Shown here piece after piece: positions 9,585 to 20,594 of a DNA stretch of 64,000 bases. How positions within the stretch are numbered: position 1 is the first letter of the stretch; the number at the start of each line of letters is the position of its first letter. The stretch spans positions 2,945-66,944 of the forward strand of contig JBDSXT010000002.1 in the NCBI GenBank assembly GCA_039925985.1. Reading direction: 5' to 3'. The position numbers were made by a program, and so were the translations under genes. The DNA is from Sphingomicrobium sp. (lineage in GTDB: Bacteria; Pseudomonadota; Alphaproteobacteria; Sphingomonadales; Sphingomonadaceae). Below the pieces are notes generated by a model. That model ran no database searches and was not told the DNA's origin. It worked only from the letters and a program-made list of their open reading frames with translations.

Positions 9585-10304
9585 CTACCTCAGATAGGAG
9601 GGCTGGAAGCTCGCCAGCCGACGCATTTCGGCCCAGTCGCGGAACTCGATCTCGCGCCCCTTGCGGTGGATCAACCCCTGGCGCTGCAGGTCGGCAAACA
9701 CGCGGTTGACGTTGACCGATGTCTGGCCGGTAATGTCGGCAATCTGCTGCTGCGTGAACGGGTTGGTCATTCGCCCGTCCTCGCTCTTGATGCCAGTCCG
9801 AGTCGCCGTTTCGCACAGCAGATGCGCGACGCGCGCGGTCGAATCCCGCCGCACGCAATTGACCAGCCATTCGTAACTGATCAGCTCGTTGCGCTGGATC
9901 AGGCGCCAGAAAAAACGACACAGTTCCGGGCTCTGATAGACGACGCGATCGAAATCCTCGGCCTTCGCGACCAAAATCTCGCTTCGAACGATGGCTTGAA
10001 TTCCATAATCGGCAACGCCGCCGTGGGGCAAAATGCCGTCGCCCTGAAAGCGCAGCGCGACGATCTGGCGGCGGCCGCTGCCGTCGTTCTTATATTTGCA
10101 TAGGATGCCCGAGCGGACGAAGATGACCTCGTCGCGCGCTATCCCCGGCGCTCGGAAAGGCCGGCGCGGATCGACTTCGATCTCCCTGGACGGAATGGCG
10201 TCGAGAAGCGGGATCAAGCGAGGCTCGATGCCCGCCGCGATCAGCGCATCGTGGAACGATGGACTGGCCGCGGATCCTTTCGTGGAACGCCCATTCGCCG
10301 ACAC
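9585..10304 (-). CDS. Crp/Fnr family transcriptional regulator
   Basis: cNMP-binding-like domain (GRRQIVAL..GD) and Crp HTH (FTQQQIADITGQTSVNVNR). Confidence 0.88.
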   Translation of the reverse strand: MSANGRSTKGSAASPSFHDALIAAGIEPRLIPLLDAIPSREIEVDPRRPFRAPGIARDEVIFVRSGILCKYKNDGSGRRQIVALRFQGDGILPHGGVADYGIQAIVRSEILVAKAEDFDRVVYQSPELCRFFWRLIQRNELISYEWLVNCVRRDSTARVAHLLCETATRTGIKSEDGRMTNPFTQQQIADITGQTSVNVNRVFADLQRQGLIHRKGREIEFRDWAEMRRLASFQPSYLR

Positions 10305-10337
10305 TGTAATCTCCCCCCCCAGGTGATTCGCCGGACG

Positions 10338-10763
10338 CTAAATCAGCCTTGCAAGCGCGTCACGCAAGTCATTGATTTGGCCCGGCGACAAGTCGATGGC
10401 CGATTTCAAGTCGGGTGCCCCGGGCCAGCCACGATCGGCAAATGCGACCCCGTCCCACTGACGCAGCCCCGAATAGCGCGGGACAACGTGGCAATGCACA
10501 TGCGGGTCGACCATCATCAGCATCAGATAATTGATCCGCTCATAGCCGCAGAAAGCCTTGAGGCCGTCCTCGATCGCGGCAATGACCTCGCCCTGCTCGG
10601 CAAAGGCTTGCGCGGGTAAGTCGCCGAATGCTGTCGCCAGGCTCTTGGCGGCGAGCACCAGCGAGCCCAGCGTCACCTGCGCCGGGCGCACCAGCACGAA
10701 CCAATGCTCGAATTCGCGAACCAACGTCGCCGGATAGCCGAACTTCTCGATCGTCGTGTTCAT
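10338..10763 (-). CDS. HIT family hydrolase
   Basis: HVHCHVVPRY histidine triad. Confidence 0.9.
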   Translation of the reverse strand: MNTTIEKFGYPATLVREFEHWFVLVRPAQVTLGSLVLAAKSLATAFGDLPAQAFAEQGEVIAAIEDGLKAFCGYERINYLMLMMVDPHVHCHVVPRYSGLRQWDGVAFADRGWPGAPDLKSAIDLSPGQINDLRDALARLI

Positions 10764-10839
10764 TGGCCCTCGCTTGCCTTCGCTGACCCCCCATCTTAAG
10801 GACCGCGCGCGGCTTGGGGAACAGCACAAGGCGCGCCGT

Positions 10840-10917
10840 GGCGATCGTAGCTCAGCTGGTTAGAGCATCGGTTTGTGGTACCGAGGGTCGCGGGTTCAAG
10901 CCCCGTCGATCGCCCCA
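10840..10917 (+). tRNA. tRNA-His (GTG)
   Basis: Cloverleaf; anticodon arm TCGGT-TTGTGGT-ACCGA; G-1:C73; encoded CCA. Confidence 0.96.
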
Positions 10918-10966
10918 TTTTTCGCCATTTCTGGCTGCTCATCTGAAGGTTGGAACTCACCTCTTT

Positions 10967-12016
10967 ATGTCTACCCCCTGGCGCTTCCCCGATTATGACG
11001 CGCACGAAATCCTGCATTTTGTCGATGACCGGGCGTCCGGGCTGCGGGCGATCATCGCCATCCATTCGACCCACCTTGGCCCGGCGGCGGGCGGAGCGCG
11101 CTTCTGGCATTATGCCGAGGACGAGGATGCGATCACCGATGCGCTCCGGCTGTCGCGCGGCATGAGCTACAAGAATGCCATGGCCGGGCTGCCGCTGGGC
11201 GGCGGCAAATCGGTTATCCTGGCCGACGAAGCAGGCACCAAGTCGCCTGAGATGCTGGCCGCGTTCGGCCGCGCGATCAACGGGATTTGCGGCTGCTATG
11301 TGACCGCCGAAGATGTCGGCATGACCGTCAAGGACATGATCGAGATCAGCCGCCAGACCAAATATGTCGCCGGGCTCCCGGCGGAAGGCGGGGAAGTTGG
11401 CGGCGATCCCGGCCCGCACACTTCGCTCGGGGTCTTCCTCGGCCTCAAAGCAGCGGTCCGCCACAAGCTCGGCAAGGACAGCGTCGCCGGGCTTCACATC
11501 GCGCTCCAGGGCGCCGGCAGCGTCGCCACCGGAGTCGCGCTCCACGCGGCGGCCGAGGGTGCGACGCTGTCGATCGCCGACATCGATCCGGCCAAGGCCA
11601 AGAAGCTCGCCGACGCCACCGGCGGCAAGGTGGTCACAACCGATGACATACTCGGGCTCGAGGCCGACGTGCTCAGCCCCAATGCGCTGGGCGGGATTCT
11701 CGACGAAACGACGATCGCCGCATTGCAGGTGGCGATTGTCGCCGGCGGCGCCAACAACCAGCTCGACACGCCCGAGGACGGCGCGCGGCTCCACGCCCGC
11801 GGCATTCTCTACGCGCCTGACTACGTCATCAATGCCGGCGGCATCATCAACGTCTGCACCGAATATCTCGACGACGGCGATGAAAGCCTGGTCCGCACGC
11901 GCGTCGAGGGCATCCCGACCCGGCTCGAGCACATCTGGGCGGAGAGCGAGTCGTCACGCTCCGACCCGGCCGCGGTCGCCGACGCCATGGCGCAGCGGCT
12001 GATTGGGCGAGGCTGA
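10967..12016 (+). CDS. Leu/Phe/Val dehydrogenase
   Basis: GPAAGGAR, GMSYKNA, GGGKSVI, TAEDVG, GGANNQL, PDYVINAGG. Confidence 0.92.
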   Translation: MSTPWRFPDYDAHEILHFVDDRASGLRAIIAIHSTHLGPAAGGARFWHYAEDEDAITDALRLSRGMSYKNAMAGLPLGGGKSVILADEAGTKSPEMLAAFGRAINGICGCYVTAEDVGMTVKDMIEISRQTKYVAGLPAEGGEVGGDPGPHTSLGVFLGLKAAVRHKLGKDSVAGLHIALQGAGSVATGVALHAAAEGATLSIADIDPAKAKKLADATGGKVVTTDDILGLEADVLSPNALGGILDETTIAALQVAIVAGGANNQLDTPEDGARLHARGILYAPDYVINAGGIINVCTEYLDDGDESLVRTRVEGIPTRLEHIWAESESSRSDPAAVADAMAQRLIGRG

Positions 12017-12030
12017 CGCCGCCCGCCGCC

Positions 12031-12747
12031 ATGCATTTCCTGGCTAACCCGGCACGGTTCCTGAAATTCGCGAGGCCAGCCAGCGCGTGGCTGCTGTCGA
12101 TCGGCCTGCTTTTCGCAATGGTCGGCATCGTTGCCGGCCTCACCCTGACCCCGCCCGACTATCTGCAGGGCGAGACGGTGCGGATCCTTTACATCCATGT
12201 GCCCGCCGCCTGGCTCGGCATGGCCGGGTGGGCAGGGATCGCCGCCGCTTCGGTCAGTCAGCTGGTCTGGCGGCATCCATTGGCCGCGGTCGCCGGGCGA
12301 GCGACCGCCCCGGCGGGCGCGACCTTCGCCGCGATCTGCCTCATCACCGGGTCGATCTGGGGCCGGCCGACCTGGGGCACATGGTGGGAATGGGACGGGC
12401 GGCTGACCTCGATGCTTATCCTGTTCTTCCTCTATCTCGGCTACATCGCGCTGGCCTCCGCCGAGCGCGAGCGCGGCGGCGAAGGGCGGCTTGCGGCAAT
12501 CTTCGGGCTGGTCGGCGCGATCAACCTGCCGATCATTCATTATTCGGTGTTGTGGTGGCGTACGCTCCACCAGGGCCAGAGCATCGGCCTTGGCGGGTCG
12601 AGCATCGATAGTTCGATCCTGTGGCCGCTGCCGCTGACCATGGTCGGTTTCACTGGCATCTTTGCTGCCGCGGTGCTGATGCGGATGCGCGCCGGGCTCG
12701 CCGAAGCCAAGGTCGAGGCGCGAATGCGCCGGGCGGCAGGGCAATGA
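12031..12747 (+). CDS. ccmC: Heme exporter CcmC
   Basis: WGRPTWGTWWEWD (WWD) motif; HVPAAW. Confidence 0.96.
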   Translation: MHFLANPARFLKFARPASAWLLSIGLLFAMVGIVAGLTLTPPDYLQGETVRILYIHVPAAWLGMAGWAGIAAASVSQLVWRHPLAAVAGRATAPAGATFAAICLITGSIWGRPTWGTWWEWDGRLTSMLILFFLYLGYIALASAERERGGEGRLAAIFGLVGAINLPIIHYSVLWWRTLHQGQSIGLGGSSIDSSILWPLPLTMVGFTGIFAAAVLMRMRAGLAEAKVEARMRRAAGQ

Positions 12748-12872
12748 ACCCGTGGCCGTTCGTCATCGCCGCTTACGCGGTCGCGATCGCCGCCACTGCA
12801 GCGCTTGTCCTGTGGGCCTATGCAACCATGCGACGCGCCGAGGCCGCCGCCGACAAGCTCAAGCGCCCATGA
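12744..12872 (+). CDS. ccmD: Heme exporter CcmD
   Basis: 42-aa single-TM protein MNPWPFVIAAY...; overlaps ccmC and ccmE via ATGA. Confidence 0.8.
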   Translation: MNPWPFVIAAYAVAIAATAALVLWAYATMRRAEAAADKLKRP

Positions 12873-13309
12873 AGCCGAAGAACCAGCGGCTGGTGCTGGT
12901 CGTCGCCGCAATGGTTGCCGTTGTGACCGCGGTTTTGCTGGCGATGTGGGGCCTGAAGGACCGCGCCGCTTATTTCTACACGCCGGCCGAGATCGCCGCC
13001 GGGCGCGCTGCCGACGGCAAGGCGATGCGGCTTGGCGGAATGGTCGAGAAGGGGTCGATCAGGCGCGCCACGGACGGAGTAACGATCCGATTCCAAGTCA
13101 CCGACGGCGAAGCGCGGACTCCGGTCATCTATCGCGGCATAGTCCCCGACCTGTTCCGCGAAGGCAGCGGGGTCGTCGCCGAAGGGCGGATGCGCCAAAG
13201 CACCTTCATCGCCGACACCATCCTCGCCAAGCACGACGAACGCTACATGCCGCCGCAGCTCGGCAACCAGGAAGCCGAGCATAAGGCCGGCAAGACTCTC
13301 ACCCAATGA
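12869..13309 (+). CDS. ccmE: Heme chaperone CcmE
   Basis: PDLFREG, LAKHDERYMP. Confidence 0.95.
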   Translation: MKPKNQRLVLVVAAMVAVVTAVLLAMWGLKDRAAYFYTPAEIAAGRAADGKAMRLGGMVEKGSIRRATDGVTIRFQVTDGEARTPVIYRGIVPDLFREGSGVVAEGRMRQSTFIADTILAKHDERYMPPQLGNQEAEHKAGKTLTQ

Positions 13310-15249
13310 TCGCCGAGACTGGCCTCGCGGCGTTGTGGCTGGCGGCGGCGCTGTCGCTGCTGCAGTTGCTGCTGACCGTCGGCGACCTGCGCGACTGGTT
13401 CGAGGCGCGAAGCGCCATTCGCACCGTTGCGATTGTTCAAGGGGTTCTGACCCTCGCCGCATTCGCGATGCTGGTCTTGGTTTTCGCACGGACCGATTTG
13501 TCCGTCGCGCTCGTCGCCGAGAATAGCCACAGCGCCAAGCCGTTCATCTACAAGATCGCCGGCGCGTGGGGAAACCACGAAGGCTCGATGCTGTTGTGGG
13601 TGACGGTCCTGGCGATCGCCGGGGCGCTGCTGGCGCTCGGTTCACGGCGTTTGAGCCAACCGACCCAGGTGGCCGCGCTTGGCGCCCAGGGCGCGCTGGC
13701 GCTCGGTTTCTACGCATTCCTGCTGATCGCTTCGAACCCGTTCGCCCGGCTCGACCCGGCGCCGCTCGAGGGCAGGGGCCTTAATCCCCTGCTCCAGGAC
13801 CCCGGCCTCGCCTTCCACCCGCCGACGCTTTACCTCGGATATGTCGGCCTGTCGGTCGCCTTCAGCCTCGCCGTCGGCGCGCTGCTGACCAGCGACGTCG
13901 ATCGCGCCATCGGGCGAGCAATGCGGCCGTGGGTGCTCGGCGCCTGGGTGTTGCTGACGCTCGGCATCACCGCCGGCAGCTATTGGGCCTATTACGAACT
14001 GGGCTGGGGCGGCTGGTGGTTCTGGGACCCGGTCGAGAACGCTTCGCTGATGCCGTGGCTGGCGGCGACCGCCTTGCTCCATTCGGTCAACGTGCTCGCC
14101 GCCCGTGGTGCGTTGCGCGCGTGGACGATGATGCTGGCGATGATCGCTTTTTCCATGTCGATGGTCGGCACGTTCCTCGTTCGCTCGGGGATTCTGACCT
14201 CGGTCCACAGCTTCGCCATCGACCCGTCGCGCGGCACCTTCCTGCTGGCCTTGCTCGGCATCTATGTCGGCGCCGCCTTCGCCTTGTTCGCGCTGCGCGC
14301 CGGCAAGCTCAAGGAAGGCGCGCCGTTCGAGCTGGTCAGCCGCGAAAGCGCGCTGGTCGCCAATAATCTGCTGCTCACCGTCATTCTCGGCATCGTCTTC
14401 TTCGGCACGCTCTACCCGTTGTTCGTCGAAGCGCTGAGCGGCGAGAAACTGTCGGTCGGGCCCCCTTACTTCAACGCGGTCGCGGGCCCGTTGGCACTGC
14501 TGCTCGCCGCCTTGGTCGCGGTCGGCCCGCTGCTCAGCTGGCGGCGCGAAAGCCGGCCGGTGTTGAAGAAACTCACAATCCCGGCGCTATTCGCCGCCAC
14601 CGCGCTGGCCATCAGCCTGTTCGCCGCCCCGCAAATTGGCTTCCTGCCGAGGCTGGGTCTGACCGTCGCAGCCGGCCTCGCCGTCGCCAGCTGGCTGCCG
14701 TTGATGGGCCGCAATCCGCTCCGCACGCCGCTGTCGACCTGGGGCATGGCGCTTGCTCATTTCGGAGTCGCCGTGGCCATTGCCGGCATGGCGTCCGACA
14801 GCGCCTTTTCGCAGGAAAAGCTTGCTGCCGTCCGCCCCGGCGAAACGCTCGCCGTCGGCCCGTGGCTGGTGCGATTGCAGGGTCTCGCCCCTGCCGTCGG
14901 TCCCAATTGGACCGCGATCGAGGCCGAGCTGCGCGCGTCGCGAGGCGAGGGCGTGCTCATCCTCAAGCCTCAGACCCGCTATTTCACCGACCCGCCGACA
15001 GAGACCAATGAAGCCGCCATCGCCACCATGCTCGGCGGCCAGCTCTACACCGTGGTCGGCAAGCCGGACCAGCAAGGCCGCTGGCAGCTGAGGCTGTGGT
15101 GGAAGCCGTTCGTGACTTTGATCTGGCTCGGCGGCGTGCTGATTGCGTTTGGCGGGCTCCTCGCGCTCGTCGGCCGGGCGTGGCGTGCCTGGCGCAAGGA
15201 GCGTCCGTCGGGCGCCGGACGCTCGTGGCGCCGCGAGCGCTACGCATGA
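13306..15249 (+). CDS. ccmF: Heme lyase CcmF
   Basis: WGNHEGS, HPPTLY, WGGWWFWDPVEN, SVHSF. Confidence 0.97.
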   Translation: MIAETGLAALWLAAALSLLQLLLTVGDLRDWFEARSAIRTVAIVQGVLTLAAFAMLVLVFARTDLSVALVAENSHSAKPFIYKIAGAWGNHEGSMLLWVTVLAIAGALLALGSRRLSQPTQVAALGAQGALALGFYAFLLIASNPFARLDPAPLEGRGLNPLLQDPGLAFHPPTLYLGYVGLSVAFSLAVGALLTSDVDRAIGRAMRPWVLGAWVLLTLGITAGSYWAYYELGWGGWWFWDPVENASLMPWLAATALLHSVNVLAARGALRAWTMMLAMIAFSMSMVGTFLVRSGILTSVHSFAIDPSRGTFLLALLGIYVGAAFALFALRAGKLKEGAPFELVSRESALVANNLLLTVILGIVFFGTLYPLFVEALSGEKLSVGPPYFNAVAGPLALLLAALVAVGPLLSWRRESRPVLKKLTIPALFAATALAISLFAAPQIGFLPRLGLTVAAGLAVASWLPLMGRNPLRTPLSTWGMALAHFGVAVAIAGMASDSAFSQEKLAAVRPGETLAVGPWLVRLQGLAPAVGPNWTAIEAELRASRGEGVLILKPQTRYFTDPPTETNEAAIATMLGGQLYTVVGKPDQQGRWQLRLWWKPFVTLIWLGGVLIAFGGLLALVGRAWRAWRKERPSGAGRSWRRERYA

Positions 15250-15770
15250 GCCGCTGGCTGCGCCTGACGCCGGTGGTGCTGCTCGCGCTGCTGATCATTG
15301 CGTTGGTCTGGCGCCTTGCCCATCCGGAGGACACGACCATCAAGTCGCGGCTCGCCGGCAAGCCGGTGCCGGCGTTCGCGCTGCCGGCTGCACTTCCGGG
15401 AACGCCCGGGCTTACCTCGACCGAACTCAAGGGGCGCGTCAGACTAGTCAATATGTTCGCCAGCTGGTGCGTGCCCTGCGTCGCCGAAGCACCGATTCTT
15501 CAGCAGCTTCGACGCCGCGGAATCGTTATCGACGGAATCGCGATTCGCGACCGGCCCGAGGATCTCGCTGCCTTCGTCGCTGCCCACGGCAATCCGTTCG
15601 AACGCATCGGCGTGGATGACGCGAGCCGGGTCCAGCTCGCTTTGGGCTCGGCCGGCGTGCCGGAAAGTTTCGTCGTCGATGCCCGCGGCATCATCCGCTA
15701 CCAGCATGTCGGCCCGATCGAGCCCAGGGACGTGCCGACCATCCTCGCGCAATTGGAGAGAGCGAAGTGA
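15246..15770 (+). CDS. ccmG: Thiol:disulfide oxidoreductase CcmG/DsbE
   Basis: FASWCVPC, GVPESF. Confidence 0.92.
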   Translation: MSRWLRLTPVVLLALLIIALVWRLAHPEDTTIKSRLAGKPVPAFALPAALPGTPGLTSTELKGRVRLVNMFASWCVPCVAEAPILQQLRRRGIVIDGIAIRDRPEDLAAFVAAHGNPFERIGVDDASRVQLALGSAGVPESFVVDARGIIRYQHVGPIEPRDVPTILAQLERAK

Positions 15771-16174
15771 GGTTGATTCTCTTCCTGCTCGCTCTTCTTG
15801 CGGCGCGGCCCGCGCTCGCCGATTCCTCGCTGCCACCGGCGCAGTGGGCCAACCGCCAGCTGCCCGACCCGCGCCAGGAAGCCAGGGCCGAAGAGTTGAT
15901 GGAGGAACTGCGCTGCTTGGTCTGCCAAGGCCAGTCGATCGCCGATTCCGACGCCGAGCTGGCCGGCGACATGCGCCACCTGGTGCGCACTCGAATCGCC
16001 GCCGGCGAGAGTCCCGCCGCAATCCGCGCCTGGCTGATCGAGCGCTACGGAAATTGGATCAGCTATCGTCCGCCGACCCAAGCGATCGGCTGGCCGCTGT
16101 GGGGCGCGCCGATCGTGCTTTTGCTGCTTGGCCTGTTGCTGGCGCGCAAGCGAATCCGGGCGAAGCGCAGATGA
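15767..16174 (+). CDS. ccmH: Cytochrome c biogenesis protein CcmH
   Basis: LRCLVCQGQSIADS. Confidence 0.93.
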   Translation: MRLILFLLALLAARPALADSSLPPAQWANRQLPDPRQEARAEELMEELRCLVCQGQSIADSDAELAGDMRHLVRTRIAAGESPAAIRAWLIERYGNWISYRPPTQAIGWPLWGAPIVLLLLGLLLARKRIRAKRR

Positions 16175-16776
16175 GCGGCTGGCTGACCCTGGCCGTGCTG
16201 ATGGTGCTCGGTCTGGCAGCGTTCTGGCTGCTCGGCGTGCGCGGGCCGATGTTCAAGCTCGCGGCGGCGGCGCTGCTGATTGGCGCATCGGGATACGCTC
16301 TCCAAGGCCGGCCCGGATTGCATGGTTCGCCGCGAGCCGCATACGCTTCAAACGACGCCCTTCCGATGACCGCCGCTCGTCATGCATTTTTTGGCGACTT
16401 CAGCGGCTCGGAGCATTGGCTTTTGCTTTCGGAGTCGATGGCACGCCGGGGCAATACCGCCGATGCCGCGGGGATCTTGCGCTCGGCGGTGCGCGAACAT
16501 CCGGGCGATCCGCAGCTGTGGATCGGGCTCGGCAACGCGCTCGTCGATCATGCGGGAGTTCTTACTCCCGCCGCCGATTTCGCCTACCGCAAGGCGGCGC
16601 AAGTCGCGCCCGGACATCCGGCGGCGGCCTTCTTCCTGGGCTTGGCCATGGCACGATCGGGTGACCGCGCCGGTGCCGTCAGAATGTGGCAGCAAACCCT
16701 GGCGCAAGCGCCCGCCGACGCCAGCTGGCGGCCACTGGTCGAGGACGCCATCGCTGCTCTCGGTCCGCGCGGCTAG
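16171..16776 (+). CDS. CcmI/CycH-like TPR membrane protein
   Basis: Two N-terminal TM helices then TPR repeats; last gene of the ccm operon. Confidence 0.75.
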   Translation: MSGWLTLAVLMVLGLAAFWLLGVRGPMFKLAAAALLIGASGYALQGRPGLHGSPRAAYASNDALPMTAARHAFFGDFSGSEHWLLLSESMARRGNTADAAGILRSAVREHPGDPQLWIGLGNALVDHAGVLTPAADFAYRKAAQVAPGHPAAAFFLGLAMARSGDRAGAVRMWQQTLAQAPADASWRPLVEDAIAALGPRG

Positions 16777-17873
16777 GCGGCCTCGAACGCCAGCTCGAGC
16801 GCTTCGGCGACCGCCTCGTGCCGGATCTTGCCTCCAGACACATTGAGCCCGTTGGCCAGGTGAGGATCCGCCTTCATCGCCTGTTCCGCGCCGAGTTTGG
16901 CAATCTTGAGCGCGAACGGCAGGGTTGCATTGTTGAGCGCGAACGCACTTGTCCGCGACACCGCGCCGGGCATGTTGGCGACGCAATAATGAATGACGCC
17001 GTCGATCACGTAAACCGGATCGTCGTGGGTCGTCGGGTGGCTGGTTTCGAAGCAACCGCCCTGGTCGATAGCGATGTCGACCAGAACCGAGCCGCGCTTC
17101 ATCGTCTTGAGCATTTCGCGGGTCACCAGCTTGGGCGCGGCGGCGCCCGGAACCAGCACCGCGCCGATCACCAGCTCGGCTTTTTCGACCGCATTGGCGA
17201 TCGCGCTGCGCGATGCGAAAGCGGTCTTGATCTGGCTTGAGAAGAACATGTCGAGCTCGGCCAGGCGATCGTTGTTGATGTCGTAGATCGTCACGTCGGC
17301 GCGCATTCCGACCGCCATTTGCGCCGCGTTGACGCCGGCGACGCCGCCGCCAAGGATGGCGACCGTCGCCGGGGCAACGCCGGGAACTCCGCCGAGCAGG
17401 ACGCCGCGGCCGCCTTGCTCCTTTTCGAGATAATGGGCGCCGACCTGGACCGACATTCGGCCGGCGACCTCGCTCATCGGCTTCAACAGCGGCAGCGCCC
17501 CCGACGGGCTGGTGACTGTTTCGTAGGCGATGCAAGTCGCGCCCGATTGCATCAGCCCCAGCGCTTGCTCCTTGTCGGCAGCGAGGTGGAGATAGGTGAA
17601 CAGGATGTGCCGCGGCTCGAGCAGCGCAATCTCCTGCGGCTGCGGCTCCTTGACCTTGACGATCATGTCCGACTCTTTGAACACGGCCGGGGCATCGGGG
17701 AGGATCGTCGCGCCGGCTTTCTTGAAGGCGGCATCGGGGCAGTCGATGCCGGAGCCGGCGTGGGTCTCGACCAGCAGTTCGTGCCCGGCGGCGACCAGCT
17801 CGGCGACGGAGGCGGGCGTCAGCCCGACCCGATATTCGTGGTTCTTGATCTCCTTGGGCACGCCAATTCGCAT
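16773..17873 (-). CDS. ald: Alanine dehydrogenase
   Basis: MRIGVPKEIKNHEYRV, FTYLHLA, PMSEVAG, IDQGG, NMPGAV. Confidence 0.97.
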   Translation of the reverse strand: MRIGVPKEIKNHEYRVGLTPASVAELVAAGHELLVETHAGSGIDCPDAAFKKAGATILPDAPAVFKESDMIVKVKEPQPQEIALLEPRHILFTYLHLAADKEQALGLMQSGATCIAYETVTSPSGALPLLKPMSEVAGRMSVQVGAHYLEKEQGGRGVLLGGVPGVAPATVAILGGGVAGVNAAQMAVGMRADVTIYDINNDRLAELDMFFSSQIKTAFASRSAIANAVEKAELVIGAVLVPGAAAPKLVTREMLKTMKRGSVLVDIAIDQGGCFETSHPTTHDDPVYVIDGVIHYCVANMPGAVSRTSAFALNNATLPFALKIAKLGAEQAMKADPHLANGLNVSGGKIRHEAVAEALELAFEAA

Positions 17874-18054
17874 CGCTCATCCATTCTGTCAGGGTTTTCC
17901 CGGCGGGCTATAGACGGGCCGTCGGCAAGATTGCAGCCCCCAATTCCCGGTGCTAATGCCGCGCACCGCTCGGGAACAAGCAACCCGGTCGGTGCCGGTG
18001 CGCATTCGCGGGCGCCCCTTGTTCTGTTGAAAGGCGAGGTTCAACCTCTCTGCA

Positions 18055-19998
18055 ATGAATATTACCGCGACTGGAGGCGTCGAGGCCGACGCGCCGCCCG
18101 ACGCATCGCATGGCCACGCCAAGGGTCCGCTGTGGAAGCTGGCAGCGGGCGCGGTCGGCATCGTCTTCGGCGATATCGGCACGTCGCCGATCTATGCGTT
18201 CCGCGAGACATTCTCGGGGCGGCATCTGCTCGCGCCCGACCTGCTCCACGTCTTCGGCGTCCTCAGCCTGATTTTCTGGTCGATGATGATCATCGTCACT
18301 CTGAAATATGTCTCAATCATCATGCGTGCCGACAATAAGGGGGAGGGAGGCAGCCTGGCCCTGCTGGCGCTGATCAATCGCACCACGAGTGACGGCAAGA
18401 AGCGCTGGACCGGCGGCATTGTCTTGCTCGGCGTATTCGCCTGCGCCCTGTTCTACGGCGATTCGATGATCACCCCGGCGATCTCGGTGCTGTCGGCGGT
18501 CGAGGGCCTGACCACTGTCCAGGCGAGTTTCCAGCCGTTCGTCATCCCGGTCTCGATCGGGATTTTGGTTGGCTTGTTCTGGATTCAGTCGCGCGGCACT
18601 GCCCGCGTCGGGCTGATGTTCGGCCCGGTGATGATCCTCTATTTCGTCACCCTGGCGGTGCTCGGGGTGATGCACATCGTCGATTATCCATCGGTCGTTC
18701 TGGCAACGATCAATCCGATCAGTGCCTTTCACTTTTTCGCCGCTGACCCGGTTCGCGCCTTTGTCGCCATGGGCTCGGTGGTTCTCGCCGTCACTGGAGC
18801 CGAGGCGCTCTACGCCGACATGGGCCACTTCGGCCGCAACCCGATCAAGGTCTCATGGATCTATTTCGTATTGCCCGCGCTGCTGCTCAATTACATGGGG
18901 CAGGCGGCGATGCTGCTCTCGCTGCCCGCCGCCCAGGCCATCGAGACGGTCAAGAATCCATTCTTCTACCTGGCTCCGGATTCCCTGCGCCTGCCGCTGG
19001 TGCTGTTGGCCACCGCCGCGACGATTATCGCCAGCCAGGCGGTGATCTCGGGCGCCTTTTCGGTAACCCAGCAGGCGATCCAGCTGGGCTTCATGCCGCG
19101 TTTGCGGATCGCCCACACCAGCGAGAGCGCGGCGGGCCAGATTTACATTCCGCTGATCAATTGGGCGCTGATGATCATGGTCATCATCCTCGTCCTGACT
19201 TTCCGCAGCTCGTCCAACCTCGCCGCCGCATACGGCATCGCGGTGACCGGCGCGATGATGATCGACACCGTGCTGATCGCCGTCGTCCTGCTGACGATGT
19301 GGAAGTGGAACCGCTATGTCGTCGCGGGGCTGCTGGTGCTCTTCGCCACTGTCGATCTTGGCTATCTGTCGGCCAATTTGCTCAAGGTTCCCCAGGGCGG
19401 TTGGTTCCCGCTGTTGATCGGCGCCATCGCCTTCACCTTCCTGACCACCTGGGCCAAGGGCCGCAAGCTGATGATCGACCGGATGCAGGAAGCTAGCCTG
19501 CCGATGGAGATTTTCATCAAGTCGGCGGCGTCGAGCGCGGCCCGCGTCCCCGGCACCGCCGTCTTCATGACCAGTTCGGGCAGCGGCGTGCCGCACGCGC
19601 TGCTCCACAACCTCAAGCACAACAAGGTGCTCCACCAGCGGATCATTTTGCTGACCGTCCGCATCGAGGACGTGCCCTACGTACCCGAAGAGAAACGCGT
19701 CGAGTCGCAGGAATACGGCCAAGGCTTCTTCCGGTTGAAGCTTCGCTATGGCTTCATGGAGGAAATCGACGTGCCCGCGGCGCTCTCGAACCTCAAGGCC
19801 TGCGGCCCGGTATGCAAGATGATGGACACCAGCTTCTTCCTCGCCCGCCAGACTCTGATCGCCTCGCCCCGCCCGGGAATGGCGATCTGGCGCGAGAAAT
19901 TGTTCGCGTGGATGCTGCGCAACGCGGAAAGCGCGATGGAATTCTTCAAGCTTCCCACCAACCGCGTCATCGAGCTCGGCAGCCAGCTCGAAATTTGA
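18055..19998 (+). CDS. kup: Kup potassium transporter
   Basis: [39 protein letters not shown]. Confidence 0.97.
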   Translation: MNITATGGVEADAPPDASHGHAKGPLWKLAAGAVGIVFGDIGTSPIYAFRETFSGRHLLAPDLLHVFGVLSLIFWSMMIIVTLKYVSIIMRADNKGEGGSLALLALINRTTSDGKKRWTGGIVLLGVFACALFYGDSMITPAISVLSAVEGLTTVQASFQPFVIPVSIGILVGLFWIQSRGTARVGLMFGPVMILYFVTLAVLGVMHIVDYPSVVLATINPISAFHFFAADPVRAFVAMGSVVLAVTGAEALYADMGHFGRNPIKVSWIYFVLPALLLNYMGQAAMLLSLPAAQAIETVKNPFFYLAPDSLRLPLVLLATAATIIASQAVISGAFSVTQQAIQLGFMPRLRIAHTSESAAGQIYIPLINWALMIMVIILVLTFRSSSNLAAAYGIAVTGAMMIDTVLIAVVLLTMWKWNRYVVAGLLVLFATVDLGYLSANLLKVPQGGWFPLLIGAIAFTFLTTWAKGRKLMIDRMQEASLPMEIFIKSAASSAARVPGTAVFMTSSGSGVPHALLHNLKHNKVLHQRIILLTVRIEDVPYVPEEKRVESQEYGQGFFRLKLRYGFMEEIDVPAALSNLKACGPVCKMMDTSFFLARQTLIASPRPGMAIWREKLFAWMLRNAESAMEFFKLPTNRVIELGSQLEI

Positions 19999-20021
19999 AC
20001 TTTCGCCCGCGGCCACGGGTT
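19997..20021 (+). promoter_or_regulatory. Putative sigma-EcfG (general stress) promoter
   Basis: GAAC-N17-GGTT ending 9 nt before the ATG at 20031. Confidence 0.5.
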
Positions 20022-20030
20022 GCGGCGCCC

Positions 20031-20594
20031 ATGGAAGACATACTCTCGTGGGTAGCTACAATCGCGACCGTCGTCGCTGCGTCGATTACTGCTTCGAACC
20101 TCGGCTCGCGGATCACCGGCTACGGCTTCATCGTTTTTACCGTCGGCTCGATCGCTTGGTTCGGGCTTGGGCTAGTGACCGACCAGCCGGCGCTGGTGTG
20201 GACCAACGCCGCGCTCACTGTCCTCAACCTGTTCGGCATCTGGCGCTGGCTCGGCCGCCAGGCGACGGTCGAGGACGGGTCGCTCGCTGCCGCCCAAGCC
20301 AGTCAGTCGACCCCCGGGGAGGCGTTGTTCCCGGTCTCGTTGCTGACTCGCGCCAAGGTCAGCGGCCGCGCCTCCGAACTCGGCACCAGCGTCGATGCCA
20401 TGGCCGGCTGCGACAGCGGCCGGATTGCCTATGTCATGGTCTCGGAGGGCGGCATCGCCGGCGCTGGCGAGACCCTCCGCAGGCTGTCGTGGAGCGACCT
20501 CCATGTTGACGGCGAGGCGGTGATCGCAAACTTCGACCAGGCGCAATTCCGCGCCCTGCAACCGGTGCCGAAAGACCAGTGGCCGGCGCGTTGA
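20031..20594 (+). CDS. Membrane protein with C-terminal PRC-barrel-like domain
   Basis: Three N-terminal TM helices; GRIAYVMVSEGGIAGAGETLRRLSW pattern. Confidence 0.65.
   Translation: MEDILSWVATIATVVAASITASNLGSRITGYGFIVFTVGSIAWFGLGLVTDQPALVWTNAALTVLNLFGIWRWLGRQATVEDGSLAAAQASQSTPGEALFPVSLLTRAKVSGRASELGTSVDAMAGCDSGRIAYVMVSEGGIAGAGETLRRLSWSDLHVDGEAVIANFDQAQFRALQPVPKDQWPAR

Noticed and set aside
10313-10320. C8/G8 homopolymer at the RBS of the Crp gene as a phase-variation tract
   Set aside because: Short, and expected by chance in a high-GC SD region.
10814-10966. Upstream extension of the dehydrogenase ORF
   Set aside because: It runs through tRNA-His; the real start is ATG 10967.
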